A stretch of 59,384 nt of DNA from Ancylonema sp. (Eukaryota). The notes under the pieces are model-generated. The model made no database searches. It had not been told where the DNA came from and worked only from the letters and a program-made list of their open reading frames with translations. The position numbers and the translations under genes were made by a program. Where the stretch lies: positions 1 through 59,384 of the forward strand of contig JBFLGF010000169.1 in NCBI GenBank assembly GCA_050230475.1, in the 5' to 3' direction. Every line of letters begins with the position of its first letter. Position 1 is the stretch's first letter. Of this stretch, positions 26,910 to 39,249 are shown one piece after another.

Positions 26910-27254
26910 TAGTGACAATCACAACACAACAACATAACCCCAATCTATGTAGTGACAATCGCTATAGCGATACATGTTATACTGACCAAAAATTCCCCGA
27001 TTTTACTACAGAGATGTCACTCTACACCATAGCTGGCCCCGCCCTCCTAATTTATATCTTATTACGGTCCCGACAATATTAATTAAGACAGGTTTTACTG
27101 TAGTGACAATCACAACACAACAACATAACCCCAATCTATGTAGTGACAGTGTCGTGGGGTTGAGAATGCAAGGGGCGCGATAGGGCGGAAAGGGGGGTGG
27201 CGAATCGCTATAGCGATACATGTTATACTGACCAAAAATTCCCCGATTTTACTA
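26854..27254 (+). repeat. Direct duplication (26854-27008 vs 27045-27254; the second copy has ~54 extra bp)
   Basis: Near-identical TCCTAATTTATATC...GTAGTGACA and AATCGCTATAGCG...TTTTACTA blocks. Confidence 0.85.
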
Positions 27255-27709
27255 CTGCGAGCTAGACAACGTCGCGAGCGACGAAAACAAAACCTCATAG
27301 CTTTAGAAAATGCCTCGAAGGAATTGGAGCGGCTGCAAAATAAAAATAAAAATGGGGGACGTAGGTCAAAACGCGATGTAGATCATGATGAAGCAACTAG
27401 AAGAATTCACCGATTATACTTCGGGTTTCCCGCTGAGAAAAATGATGCTGGAGTTATAACCAAAGCCGCGATTCCTCCTGTATATTCCGACGACAAATTC
27501 ACTCGTCGATGGCGTATGCCACGAAATCTGGTAAAATGGCTCTACGAGGACATCACCCATCCCGTGCATGGATGCCGATATTTTCAGAAAGGGCCACAAA
27601 GCATAGGACCAAGTGTTTCTTCTCTCCTGAAGTTGTTTGCGGCCCTCCGGATGATATGCTATGGCGTTCCCGCGGACTTCATGGACGACCTCTGCGACGT
27701 CTCTGAAAC

Positions 27710-27948
27710 TGTTAGATGTCAGTCCCGCTAGTCAACGAAAGTCAATCGCGGTTCTAGTACGGGGGCATTTGAACACGTGCAGAGCGGGTAATAAAACCCC
27801 AGGAGTCTAGATATATAGATCTTGGTTCCGCATACACATCGGACAAGGTAGCTGAGTGGTTAGAGCAGTCCCGCATCGAAGGACAGGTCCCGGATTCGAT
27901 CCCTGGCCTGGTCAACATTTTCCCCGTAGTGGGCCCGTAAAACTAACG
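27710..27948 (+). mobile_element. Small solo-LTR-like or SINE-like insertion in the Harbinger transposase
   Basis: TGTTAG...CTAAC(G) ends; AAACT on both sides. Removing it restores the frame (SET[N]AWNCLDEFC). Confidence 0.75.
27842..27914 (+). ncRNA. tRNA-like (pseudo-tRNA) Pol III unit inside the insertion
   Basis: A-box TAGCTGAGTGG, B-box-like GATTCGATCCC, acceptor stem GACAAGG/CCTGGTC (6 of 7 pairs), upstream TATATA, downstream TTTT. The anticodon loop is non-canonical. Confidence 0.6.
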
Positions 27949-29329
27949 CATGGAACTGTCTGGATGAGTTTTGTAGGTGGACAGCCAAGCGTCACACTGG
28001 AATGTTCTTGAATGATTGGACAGAGAGCGATTTACAAAAAGAGATGGATGCTAATGCAAAGAGGGGTTTCTCAGGGATGATAGGCTCAATAGATTGTAAC
28101 CACAGGGTGTGGAAAAACTATCCCGTCTCGTGGCAAGGCATGTATCTGAATAAAGATGATAAAAGATCAGTGATATTGGAGGCACTCATTGGTCATGACA
28201 TGTACATCAACCATGCATTTATAGGCATGCCTGGGTCTTGTAATGATTTGAATGTCCTCGCAAGGTCAACAGTGAAGATTAAGTATCTAAGAAGTCCATC
28301 GAGTAGAATGAAATATGTGGTTAATGGAGAGGAGAAAGAGGGAGGGTATGTTTTTGGAGATGGTATTTATCCAGCTTACACCTTTTTTGTGAAGACCATC
28401 TCAGAGCCTGTGATAGAGAAAGAGAAACATTTTGCGAAGAAGTAGGAGGGAAAACGAAAGGACATAGAGCGATGCTTTGGTCGGATCTTGGTGAAGTTTG
28501 GGGTAATGCACAAACCGTGTCATTTAAAGACTGCAAAGAAGGTCACGTATGTATGGCAGATGGTCATAGTGCTACAAAATCTATCCATCTGGGTGCGACA
28601 CAGAGGAGGACAATACCCGGAAGATTTAATGGTTAATCCACCAAAGATCATTGACCCAGAGATTCAGAGTGTTATCGAGTCCGATGGCGAGGGTGAGGAG
28701 GGGGGGGAGGGCGAGGAGATTGATGAGGACCAGGAGGGTGATGAGGGTGGGGATAGTGGGGCGGGTGATGTGGGGATGGGAGAGGAGGGTGACGAGGGTG
28801 GGGATGATGGGGCGGGTGATGTGGGGATGGGAGAGGAGGGTGACGAGGGTGGGGATGGTGAGGGTCCACCCCTGGTGCGTGCAATGGGAGTGAATGGTGA
28901 TGGAGTGGGGCCAGGATTGGGGATAGACGGGAGGTCTTTACCACCTTTAGCAAACATACTCTTCAATTTTGAGAATGTACTTCCTGACTTTGAGGACCTC
29001 GATTTGTTTGATTTTCCTAAATTGTTGAGAGGCGTTGCAAGGACCGAGGATAGTGTAGCGAGTAGGTCGTTGAAGAGGTCATTAGTCGAGCATCTTTGGG
29101 CTTTTGACCACCCGTAGGGCTATGGTGAGGGGGGGGGAGGTGAGTGATGAGGGCGAGGGTGATTTTTGTAAAATGTGTCGATCCCACATTTGAATAGAAG
29201 GATAGGAGAGTTGACTAAAAACGTAAATATGATTTTATACAATGTCATATTACGTGATATGATTCGAAATATAAGATGACATCATACACATTCGAACCAC
29301 ATCTTCCTCTTCCAAACGGATCGGATATC

Positions 29330-29616
29330 TCCGCACTGCGGCAAATTTGGAAAGGCAATCTGCGGTGCCGTTCTTTGCACCTTCCCTGTGCTTCACCATG
29401 AAGTCGAAATCTTGCAACAACAAAGCCCACGTCGCCAACTTCCCCGACAGCTTCTCTATCGGCAGGATCCACTTGAGTGGCTCATGGTCGGTCACCAGTG
29501 TGAGTTGGTTTCCGATCAGGTACTGTCTGAAATGTGAAGTCGCCTACACTGCAGCCAAGCACTCCCCATCAAAACTAGAGTAGTTCTTATTAGCTGGATT
29601 GCAACTCCTGTTGGCG
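29330..29616 (-). mobile_element. Gypsy RNase H fragment (3' continuation of the pol at 35514-36620)
   Basis: YANRSCNPANKNYSSFDGECLAAV*ATSHFRQYL..VTDHEPLKWIL..KLATWALLLQDFDF..HREGAKNGTADCLS. Confidence 0.9.
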
Positions 29617-31407
29617 TAAGGGCATCATCTACAGCAACTCAGATTTCGTGCGCAGATTTTAAAATCTGAGCGCGCTCAGATCCGGCGAAAATATTGGATG
29701 GAGTCCGTGCGCGGATTTGAGGTCAGATTTTACAGCAGCGCACATTCTCCGCCGGGTTCAAGAAATTAGTGTGCCACGTAGGCCCATAATCTAGTACCCC
29801 CGCCGTACCAACGGGCAGTACCCTTCCAAAACAGTACCCCTTCACCCGGGAACCTCCTGGACTTGCCCCACCATCTTATCACGCCAACACAGGGTCGTGC
29901 CAAAATCCCGTCAAGAGCGAGCTTTGGGTTCAGGTTGTATTCCCTGCAGTCAGTCACTTGCGCCTCTCACCTGCGCCTTTGTGCGTGTTTTTTCAGACGT
30001 GAGTAATAATGAGTTTCTATGCGGAATGGGTAAAGCGGAGAGAAGGAAACTCCAAAAATGGGTCATGGATGGAACNATCCGAACTTTGCCGATTTTCGTC
30101 GTTATAAACGACAAGTGTTATTATAAGAGATTTGCAACAAGTTTACGTGAGATCTGATAATTTTGTTATATCCAGGGCAGGTCGTAGGGTATCAAGAAAA
30201 TTATGTGTAGAAGTTTTCGGAAGTTAATTCCACGTAAGCTAGCCTGTCGATCAAAGTGATTGATTTCAGAGTGCGCCGTGTCGGCCAGTCAAAATAGCCG
30301 AGCTATTTGCACGTGCTAGTAGAATATCCTAGCTTGATAGAACTTTATCTTCAGACTAGTTGATTGCTTCAATCCAAGCCCTTCGATCAAATTTCGATAT
30401 TTGAGATTTCCGCGCGCGAGTTTTTCAACCGCCGCGTCGATTATTCAAAAATAAAAATACCCTTCAAAACTGCTAGCTTCCGTTGTCAATTTACGCTATC
30501 AGAATCTCAAAGTTTTTTTTGTAACTATCATCTTTTGCAATCTCAGTGTAATCTTTTGCTATTGTTATTTTCGTCGTCGGCCNACACTGAAGCCTGTCCG
30601 GATTAAAATTTTGCAAATTAATAATCTTTTAAAAAAAATAGAAAAACACTCAATATCTGACGTGTAAATTAATCGTAGTAACATTTCGCATTTCTCATTG
30701 TCTTGATCAACTATTTTTTTCCGGTCCCGACATTATTACTTCACACAAGTTTACTATAGCGAGTGGACAAACGACGTTTATATGACCCTCCGTTTTGAAA
30801 TACCCACTCCTGATCGTCTCGAACTCGATCTGATAGATATATGACTATATACATAGCTTGAAGGTGTATATAAATATATAACTTCCACTTTCCTTCGATA
30901 TAGTGCGATATTGCCCAATCTCGCCCTATCAAATGCCACTGTATCGTGTATAAGGACCCCCCCCGGCATTCGATAAAGTGACATTATTTCCCACCGTCTA
31001 TAAATTTGTCACTATATCAAGGGTATACTGTATACATCCGCCCCTCGGATGGATTCAACGAACGTCTTCGAACACAATCGAGGCCGAATGCGGGCGCCGT
31101 CCGGTGGTACCAGGGAAACCCCTGGTACCACCAATAGTTTTCAGCATTTAGGAGTGACCCCCAATTGAAGTTTTAAGACTATTCCTGCGGGGGGAATATT
31201 AGGGCCAATTTTGGCCGTCCTCGGGCCTCCACAATTTGTGCCCGCTTCGTTTGCATGATGCTGCCTTGCCTCTGCCTCGTTGTCAATTCTCCGTCCTACC
31301 TTCGTCAGCTGAGTATCCAGCTCGAGGTGGTGTAAGTGGATCAACTATACTGAGTCGTACTCCCACTGAAGAACTCGCAAAGATATTTTCGTGATAATCG
31401 ACCAGCG

Positions 31408-32624
31408 ATGGAGTATCCGCGCGAGGAGTTAGAACGGCTGATGCTGCATGAGAAGACGCGAATGGAAGCGCTCGCGGAGTATCGCAAAAATCCAACAAAT
31501 ATCGACGTGAGTTTGAATGGCATACGTTGAATCATGAAGTGATTCTTACACGACCTGATTTTCATATTCCCGCCCGTGAGTTGAAAGCGATGGGGAAAGT
31601 GATGTTACAAATACAGAGCCATCAAGCCGTTTCTGTGGCCATTTCTGAACCTGACCACAATACTGTCTTTAAATATTCGGCGAAAGAGGAGACTGTGTGG
31701 ATCTCATAGGCGTTCTTTATCCTATCTGGTGTATGCTTTTGTCTAGTTGTGCTTCTACTTTTGATATGTCCCTTGTGGCCCACGAAACTCCTCCCAGCTC
31801 GCGTCCAGTATAGGACAACTACTCTCGGCGTCCCGGTATGATTTGAATTCTCTGTCCTGTTGCCGCAGAATCTCACGAAATTGGGTCGGACGCTGGTGGA
31901 GCTAGCGCAATTCATGCAAGGGCAGGAATCATTTGATCTAATTCGCGGTACCACCTCGTCCTCGCATTCTCGCCTACCAAATGTTCAGAACACTACTGCT
32001 CTTTCTCGAATTCCTCTCTCAGAGTAGCGTTCTTCCACCTTCCCCGAAAAGCCACAGGTCTGCCACTCTCGATTTGTTTCTCACGCTCACTCTGCTTTTA
32101 TTTATTGCAGAGGCCATGGAGAAGCTGCACGAGGCGGTGGCTCTCGACTCCAACCGCCACGAGGCTCTATGGTGGATCGGCAACGCCCACACCACGCAGG
32201 GCTTCCAGACTCCCGACGCTCACCAAGCGCACGCCTGTTTCGCCAAAGCCGCGAAAGTGTTCAAGCAGGCGATCGAAAAGGACCCCACCAACGACAGCTA
32301 CCGCAAATCACTCGAAGTCTCCATCAAGGTAACGCGCAGCTTCAACCCAGAGTCACCTCACGGAAGCATCCATGGCTTCTCACCCCCCCCCTCCTCTCTT
32401 GTCAGGGTCCTGAGCTGCACGATGAGATCCAGAAGCAGATGGCTCTTCAGGGCCCCGCCCCACCTGCAATAGCCGCTGCAGACCCCGCGGTTGGGAGGTC
32501 CAAGCAGTCGGTGGAGCTGGTGTATGACGTGGCAGGGTGGGCGATTGTCCTTGTGGCAGTGGGGGCGTGGCTCACCATTCTCAGCATTAAAGCCCAACAG
32601 GCCCAGCCAAGCAGCACCTTATAG
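31408..32624 (+). CDS. TOM20: Plant-type mitochondrial import receptor TOM20, 204 aa; exons 31408-31506, 31869-31947, 32111-32328, 32406-32624
   Basis: MEYPREELERLML..KNPTNID|NLTKLGRTLVELAQF..|EALWWIGNAHTTQGF..YRKSLEVSIK|GPELH..ELVYDVAGWAIVLVAVGAW (C-terminal TM anchor). All introns GT-AG and in phase. Confidence 0.93.
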
Positions 32625-33568
32625 GAAGCACTCCAATTTGCATAGAAAATTCTCTAGATTTCTTTGCCTGATGTATAGCCTGAAATGGCAGCAAGCACTT
32701 CCCTTCGAATACCTCACGTTTGTCAAGTGCGAAATTTTGCAGCCATTAATCTCATTTGAGAAGGTGTTAGTTGGGTTCACAAACTACATGTTTACACATA
32801 TTTGTGTGTGTATTTGTACATACATTTGTGTGGGCGAGTCATGTAGCCCTACATAATACATTTTTGGACTTAATGCCTCCTTCTAGTCTATACTCTGTAT
32901 TTGATATCATGGCGGACTGCCACACATGAAATAACCCATACATGGCATACGTGATCAAACCATGCATATACCATTTTACACTGCAATGATTTGAACATGA
33001 AGAAGTGGAGCAAATGCACATTTATGTACGCGCCCCGGTAATGCTACCAACGGTGTAAATGCTTCCTACAATGATACAGTACCATTGTTATCGTCATCGC
33101 GTGGACAAAGGGACACCAAGTGACAAGTACATCGCGTACGTGATTACTACGTTTGTGGCAAAATTACATCAAAATGTTGTCGTTTCCTACTTCTACGCAC
33201 ATTCCACTTCCCGTTCATAGAAATGAGTCCCTGACGTGTATTTCCATCACCCCAAGATGGGGTCCCTAACCAACCGCACACCATTTTGGAATTCCTTGTT
33301 GACCAATCGTCAATGACCAACCCTTCCTCCGACCTTAGCCATCAACGGCCTCCACTTTCAATTACAAACACGCAGTCCACATATACATTTGATCACAACC
33401 ATTCTTCCAGTTATTGTAGAACATGGATGGGACGGGACCCTCACACCTTCATGGGATTTGGATCCTCACACCTTCATCTTATTGTGAAGAAGAAAAGTAT
33501 TTTCGGTTGAAATATTTCCATTCGCATATCACCAATGTCCAGCGGTAGAGAATGAAGGTCGTCCCTGA

Positions 33569-34380
33569 CTATGAGGGTCGTCCCTGCGGACCGTTGAGTA
33601 TGGGGATGTCGGCGAAGTCAACATAGTTGATGAGCAGATAGACGTACACACCAGCGCACAGGGCGATGAACGCGAGCAGCACGCCGTACCAGAGAGCAGT
33701 TCCAAAGATGCGCCCCAGATACTGCTCGACAGCAGAGCTTGGTTTTTCGTCCTCGGTCTCGGAATCGCCCCCGCCAGATGTTCGACATCTGAAGGGCCGC
33801 CGGTTCTGCTGCCGAGAGTCTTTCGAAATATCCGCGCCAATGCACCAGCGCTTGGCCGAGACTGGTCTCAGGACATGTGCGTCATTCAGCCTGGCAGATA
33901 ATGGGGAGGGAGTCAATTGCGAAGGCACGGAAATGTGGGGACTGCAACATGTTTGCATACTCCACGAGACATCGCTAGATCGAGAATGAATCGGAATCGT
34001 CAGGAGTAACATATCCGCAAGCTTGTTGTCGCGCTACCAGCAGGGATGGTCAGGAAACGATGCAACTTGCCCTATCGATGCTGAACGAATTTACCCTAGG
34101 AATCCCTACACCAGCGGAAACTACTCGCTTCCTGTGATCTGTGTGCCGTACAACTTGTACGGCCTTTGTCGCAGGGCGCAATTGTGCATCCAAAGCCGAA
34201 TTCGCCAGGGCACCGTATGTATCGTATATTTGCGCCAAATGCCACGCGTCCACAGTGAACAACAGTTGAGTCAGCAGTCAACCTCGTGTCCTGCCGCGAC
34301 TTCGTGCACGGCTCGTTCGGACGCTGTTCATGTGGGCATCCACTGCCACACCCTGGGGATGCCGTTAGGACGGTCGACAC
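33569..34380 (-). CDS. Putative small single-pass membrane protein with transit-peptide-like N-terminus; 5' end unresolved
   Basis: Last exon ~33891-33569: RPFRCRTSGGGDSE..IFGTALWYGVLLAFIALCAGVYVYLL. A possible upstream exon ends near 34111; start codon not located (N at 34390). Confidence 0.45.
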
Positions 34381-34873
34381 AAAAAACTTNAGGTGGTATT
34401 AGTGCCTTCCACGTGCACGTACATCGTTGGAAATGATAGATTTGCCCCCCTGTATCTCCCTGATTGTGGGAAGTTACTCGAGAGGAGGCTAGACGACAAA
34501 ATATTGGCCTTGTGATTGGGAAAACACGTTTGAACGGATTCTGAGCTAGATGCTAGCTTGTCTACCGTCAGAGGTCATGGAAACGGGTTTCACTTCATGT
34601 AGAACCAAAATTGTCTAAGTGCATAACCATAGATGTACACGCCCGTCAAAATCTATGATGTGCGGCGCCCGCGGGCGGAACGCGGGCGGGAATGTCCCGC
34701 CCGCGTGCGGGTATATAGAGCTTTTTTGGGGTTCAGGTGTTTTTTGTTTGTAAAACTGCACAGTCATCGAAATAAAAAAACAAAAAATGCTAATATCAAC
34801 TACATGACCTCATCTACATAAAACATTTTTTTTGTAAGAATTTCATGAAACGTCTAGAAGCTATTGTTAGTTT

Positions 34874-35290
34874 CTAGGGTATGTGAACTTTGCTGTCAGC
34901 ATCTTGCCTTTCAATGCTCAAAAAGTCCGCGTCTCCGCCGATGATTGCATCCACCCTTGCACCTTGTTCGGCGATTGCCTTTTGATTTTCTCGGGCGGCT
35001 CGGGTGCCTAGGGGTTTAAGGGCCGTAGAGAGAGCGAGATCCGTAGCTGGGCAACTAGCAATTTTCTTTCCCTCAGTCCTCTCATTACCCCCCGGGTTCG
35101 CCCATTTGTCCCATCTCCGAAATATGTCCCACACCCCTAAATCAGCAAAAGGTTTTTTGGTCTTCTTTCTCTGCATCCAGTATAGTAGTGCGTCCTCTAC
35201 TACTTTCGCATGATTCCCACCACTTTCCCTCAGTCACGCTGCTTGCGTGTAGCAACTCATAAACTCCGAGCACAATGTATTTAGCCTGTC
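34874..35290 (-). pseudogene. Harbinger second-ORF (Myb/NAM-associated-like) fragment near the right TIR
   Basis: KPFADLGVWDIFRRWDKW and KPLGTRAARE resemble the F..W..L..KW and RP.G.KAAK motifs of PIF accessory proteins. Confidence 0.55.
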
Positions 35291-35513
35291 ATACTTTGAG
35301 CGCATGGATTAAGCGTAATCTGAGCAGCGCAGATTGCTGTTCAGATTTGGCCAAAATCTGAACACCAACTTGCGCGGCTCAGATTGGCGCTAGGGGTCGC
35401 TCGGATAATCCGACAAGCGTCGCTGCTGTAAATGTTGACATCTGCTCAGATTTTCAACTTTCGAGACTTGCGCCTCGAAATTATCGAAATCTGAGCTGCT
35501 GTAGATGATGCCC

Positions 35514-36751
35514 TAAGCCACAGCATAGTCCAGCCTCCGCTCGTCCTTCGGCCCCAGGACTGCCCCCATCCCCTTCTGATTCCAGTCAGTGGCAAGGTAG
35601 AAAGGCTTGCTCCCATCTGGTCGCCTCAGCACCCCAACCGAACACAGCGCCTCCTTCAACTTCAAGAAGACCTCCTTCTGTTCCCCCCCCCACTCCCAAC
35701 CCTCTCCTTTCCGCAACAATTTGTTGAGCGGGAAAGCAATGGTGCTGAAATGCGGTACAAACTTGCAATAGTAGCTGAATGGCCCCAAAGCTCCCCTTCG
35801 CGATGACAAGTCTGTAGGCGCTGGGAGATCCGTGAATGCCTTCACCTTCTCCTCCTGCGGGTGCAACCCTGCCGTAGTGATCCTGTGCCACAGGAAGTCG
35901 ATGCTCTCTACAGCAAACAGACACTTCCCTCGGTGCACCTTCAACCCCGCTGCTCCGAGTCGTTTGAAGACCTTCTGCAGGTGCCCCAAATTCTCCTCCA
36001 GCGTGCTGCTCCACACGATGATGTCATAGATGTAACGCCTCGCAAATGTCAGCCCCCCCAGAATGTGGTCCATGTGGCGCTAAAAGTAAGGCGGGGCGTT
36101 TTTCAGTCCGAACGGCACCACGCACCACTCCCACATCATCCGCCTGGTTCCCCAAAATGTTGTCTTGGCACAGTCCTCCTCCAGTAGTGGCATCTGATGG
36201 TACCCCGACCTCTGATCCAGCTTGTTGAAGATCTTTGCCCCCTTCATATCATCAAAGATGTCCTCTATCAATGGCAGCGGGTACTTGTCGAGCGGCGTCA
36301 GCGCATTGATCGGCCGGTAGTCCCCGCACTTTCTGAAGTCAGTGTACTTCCCCTCATCGTCTTTCTTCTTCACCACCACAGTAGCCGAGGCATACTTGGT
36401 CTGCACTGATTTCCTGATGAACTTTAGCTTTTCAAGCTTCTTGCACTGCTTCTCCACAAACTCCCACTCCTTTTCCCCGAGCTTGTGCGGCGGCCTGTAG
36501 ACCCTCCCCTCTGACACCACCCTGATGCTCATTGGCTCTCCCTTGAAGTGCTACAGATCCTCCATGTTGTAGGCAAAGAGATAATTGTTCTCCCTCAGCA
36601 GCTCCAACACCAGCAGTTGGTCCCTCTCCTTTAACCCCCCCCCAACCTTGATTTTCTTTAAATTCTCAGAAAAATCAGATTTTGGGTTTAAGGTCCCACC
36701 CTTAGTGCTCACTCCTACCCCTGAGTGCCTTCTACCATTCCCCCCAAACTC

Positions 36752-36783
<32 letters not shown>

Positions 36784-37560
36784 CTAATGATTTTCTGAAG
36801 TTTCTAGTGGTGCCCCAACCGCCCCTTCTCCAACCTCTTCCAACCGCTGCCTCTCCCCCAGAGCAGCCATCTGCAGCTCTCGAGGCCTCAGTTCTGCTCT
36901 AAATCTAGAGTACAATGGTGCTGTAAAAATCTCTTGCCCCCCTCTCTGTTTTGTCAAATCCATGACATCCCCCCCCAAAAACCCGTGCCTGCAAATCCAA
37001 ATCTTGGATTTCAGATCTCGCCAAATCCCTTTTACACTTCGAGTAGTAAAAAGGGCTGGAAATCTTTAAATTTGAGTTTCTGATTACATGGGATAGCTTG
37101 TTGGAAAGCCCTACCCTATCCTCGCTACCAGCTTGAAAACTTGCTTCTGATTCCAAAACCCTAGGGTTTAACAACTATTTTTCTGAATTTTGGCCAGAAT
37201 TCTGGCCTTTCCGGCTGCCTGAGCTACCTAGCTCTTTTGAGATGCTACCTTGTCCAAATCCTGATCTGTTTAGTGATCCTGGATCCTTAGTCTCTTCCCT
37301 ATCAGATCTCAAAATTACAGATTGATCTGAGTGGAGGTGCAAAATCGCCCCATTAGCATCTCCCTCAATTATTTTTTTGTCGGGTAGGCCAGGTGACAAT
37401 GATAAATGCTGCCCTGAGCTGCTCCCTTCGATACTTTCTGCACCCAGCTGCTTTCCTGGTTTGAATTAATACCCTCTAGCTGCTCCTAAAGTTTCAGATC
37501 CAGTTTCGGAGTGTAGCAGCGCCTGCACCACTTTTTGTGCCTCGGCCATCTCCCCTCCCC
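35514..37560 (-). mobile_element. Gypsy pol remnant (RT and connection domain, degenerate upstream region)
   Basis: CGDYRPIN..DKYPLPLIEDIFD..KLDQRSGYHQ..VPFGLKNAPPYF*R..YIYDIIVWS..PFYLATDWNQKGMGAVL. Confidence 0.9.
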
Positions 37561-37981
37561 CTATGAGCCCAGTATACATTCCGTATGCTGGAGGGGTGTC
37601 CTTTTCGAATTCACTCCTCTGGTTTTCACAATTGTGTTCCTGAACTCCCCAGCTCCGTGTGGGCCTTGGCCAGTTGCCCCCAACCGCGCCCCAACCGCAC
37701 CCTCCCGCAGCCCCCCCTGGACACTTGGTCAACTTACTTGAAAATATATAAACTCTACAAACGTATTTATCGCATTCAGATTTATTAAACACGATGACCA
37801 GGAGATCACAAACATTTTCTTTGTAGCCTCCACTCTTTTTGCCATGTCCGAACGAGGTCCCGCCATGAAACATGCAATAACGCAAATCCATTCAATAACG
37901 CAACACTCCAACCATCCCATCCAATACCGCACCACCACCTCCTCCCCCCCAGATACTCCTCCACCCTCCTCCTCCGCACAG

Positions 37982-39249
37982 CTGGGGGTTGTCTCCAGGC
38001 CACCTCCCGCACCTTCCACCGTTTGGCCAAAGATTCCGTACAGGGGGCCGCACTAGAGGCTCTACAACGCCTACAGGCACGATTCCGATCCGAACAGGCC
38101 GCCCTTGTGCTGCCGTGGGTGCGGGGGGAGGAGGAGGCAGAGGGGGCCATGTCTATGGTCACAGAGGGCGCTATCGACCCAGGGACCAAGGGGGAGGGCC
38201 CCCTTCCCCACCCTGGTTGCCTGGTGAAGTTGGGGTACAAAATGGTGAGGCCTCCCTCAGGGACAGTGGTGGAGGAGGTGGAGGGGGTGGAGGTGGAGGT
38301 TGGGAGCGGCGCCCTGGTCGCGCCCCTGGAGGAGTGGGTGAGCCGAATGAGGGCAGGGCAGACGGCCACGGGCCAAATCAAAGTGGGCCCCGCCGCAGTC
38401 TTTTATCTCGCAGGGGTACCCGGCCCCGTGGTGGTCCACGTGGAGCTGCGGTTGGTGGCATGCACGCTGCCGCCTGAGGAGAGGTTGGAGGCTGCTCTCT
38501 TCGCCCCCCCCCTATCCAAACAGCGGCTCCTGGTGGCGTTAGATCTCATCGACGGCCGCACCGCCACGTCTGTGATCGACCTCGGGTGCGGGGACGGCAC
38601 GCTGTTACGCCAGCTGTCGTCGCGCAGCGAGGCGGGGCGGCTGGTGGGGGTGGACGTATCGCACAAGGGACTGAAGCAGGCGGCCAAGGCGCTCAGAGGG
38701 CTGCGCCACGTGTCGCTCTACAGCGGGTCCATCGCTGAGGTGGACGAACGGTTCTGCGACTTTGATCTAGCGGTATGCCTGGAGGTCATTGAACACCTGG
38801 ATCCAGAGCCCCTAGCAGCAGTGGGGCCCACTGTATTGGGGGGGTTGCGCCCCAAAACCTTCCTTGTTTCCACCCCCAACGTTGAGTATAATGCGGTTAT
38901 CCAGAGGTGCACCACCCTCAGGTCGCTGGGGGGGCTGGGGTGGGGGGGTGGGACCCTACGGAACGAGGACCACCGGTTTGAGTGGACGCGTGTGGAGTTT
39001 GAGGCGTGGGCGCGGAAGTTGGGAGGGGAGTATGGGTATGAGGTGGAGTGGAGGGGGGTGGGGTGCATTGAGGGGGAGGAGGAGGCGGGGGTTGGGTACG
39101 GAACGCAGATGGCGGTGTTTAGGAGGACAGGGGCGGCGGATGAGGTGGCAGTCCCTGAGTGGTTGCCCAAGGCGGAATATTCGTTGTGGCAAAATGCGGA
39201 GGAGGAGGCAGTGGTGGCAGTAGAGCCATTGGCAGCGGCGCCAGTTTGA
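37982..39249 (+). CDS. HEN1: HEN1-like small RNA 2'-O-methyltransferase, 3' part (end of dsRBD2, FKBP-like domain, MTase) in one long exon
   Basis: EERLEAALFAPPLSKQR, IDLGCGDG, LEVIEHL, VSTPNVEYN, RNEDHRFEWTR, YEVEWRGVG, TQMAVF. Acceptor CACAG at ~37981; no 5' exons identified. Confidence 0.9.

Larger units (their letters stand above)
27324..29117 (+). mobile_element. PIF/Harbinger DDE transposase pseudogene (interrupted by an insertion and a TAG stop)
   Basis: FTRRWRMPR, AALRMICYGVPAD, GMIGSIDCNH.WKNYPVSWQG, GMPGSCNDLNVL, GDGIYP, RKDIERCFG, LVEHLW. TAG at 28443; 51-bp acidic tandem repeat at ~28735-28860. Confidence 0.9.
29620..35513. mobile_element. PIF/Harbinger-type element, 5894 bp, enclosing host genes (Pack-like)
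   Basis: 29-bp TIR GGGCATCATCTACAGCA(A/G)CTCAGATTTCG with one mismatch; TAA TSD at 29617-29619 and 35514-35516. Excision rejoins the Gypsy frame DYAVA-YANRSC. Confidence 0.88.

Noticed and set aside
27842..27914. Functional tRNA gene
   Set aside because: Anticodon arm and B-box are non-canonical, and it sits inside an insertion; treated as tRNA-like.
28651..28966. Pro/His-rich ORFs on alternative frames and the reverse strand
   Set aside because: Shadows of the G-rich acidic repeat in the transposase.
27324..35513. The transposase at 27324-29117 being part of the TIR-bounded Harbinger element
   Set aside because: It lies outside the left TIR, separated from it by the Gypsy RNase H fragment.
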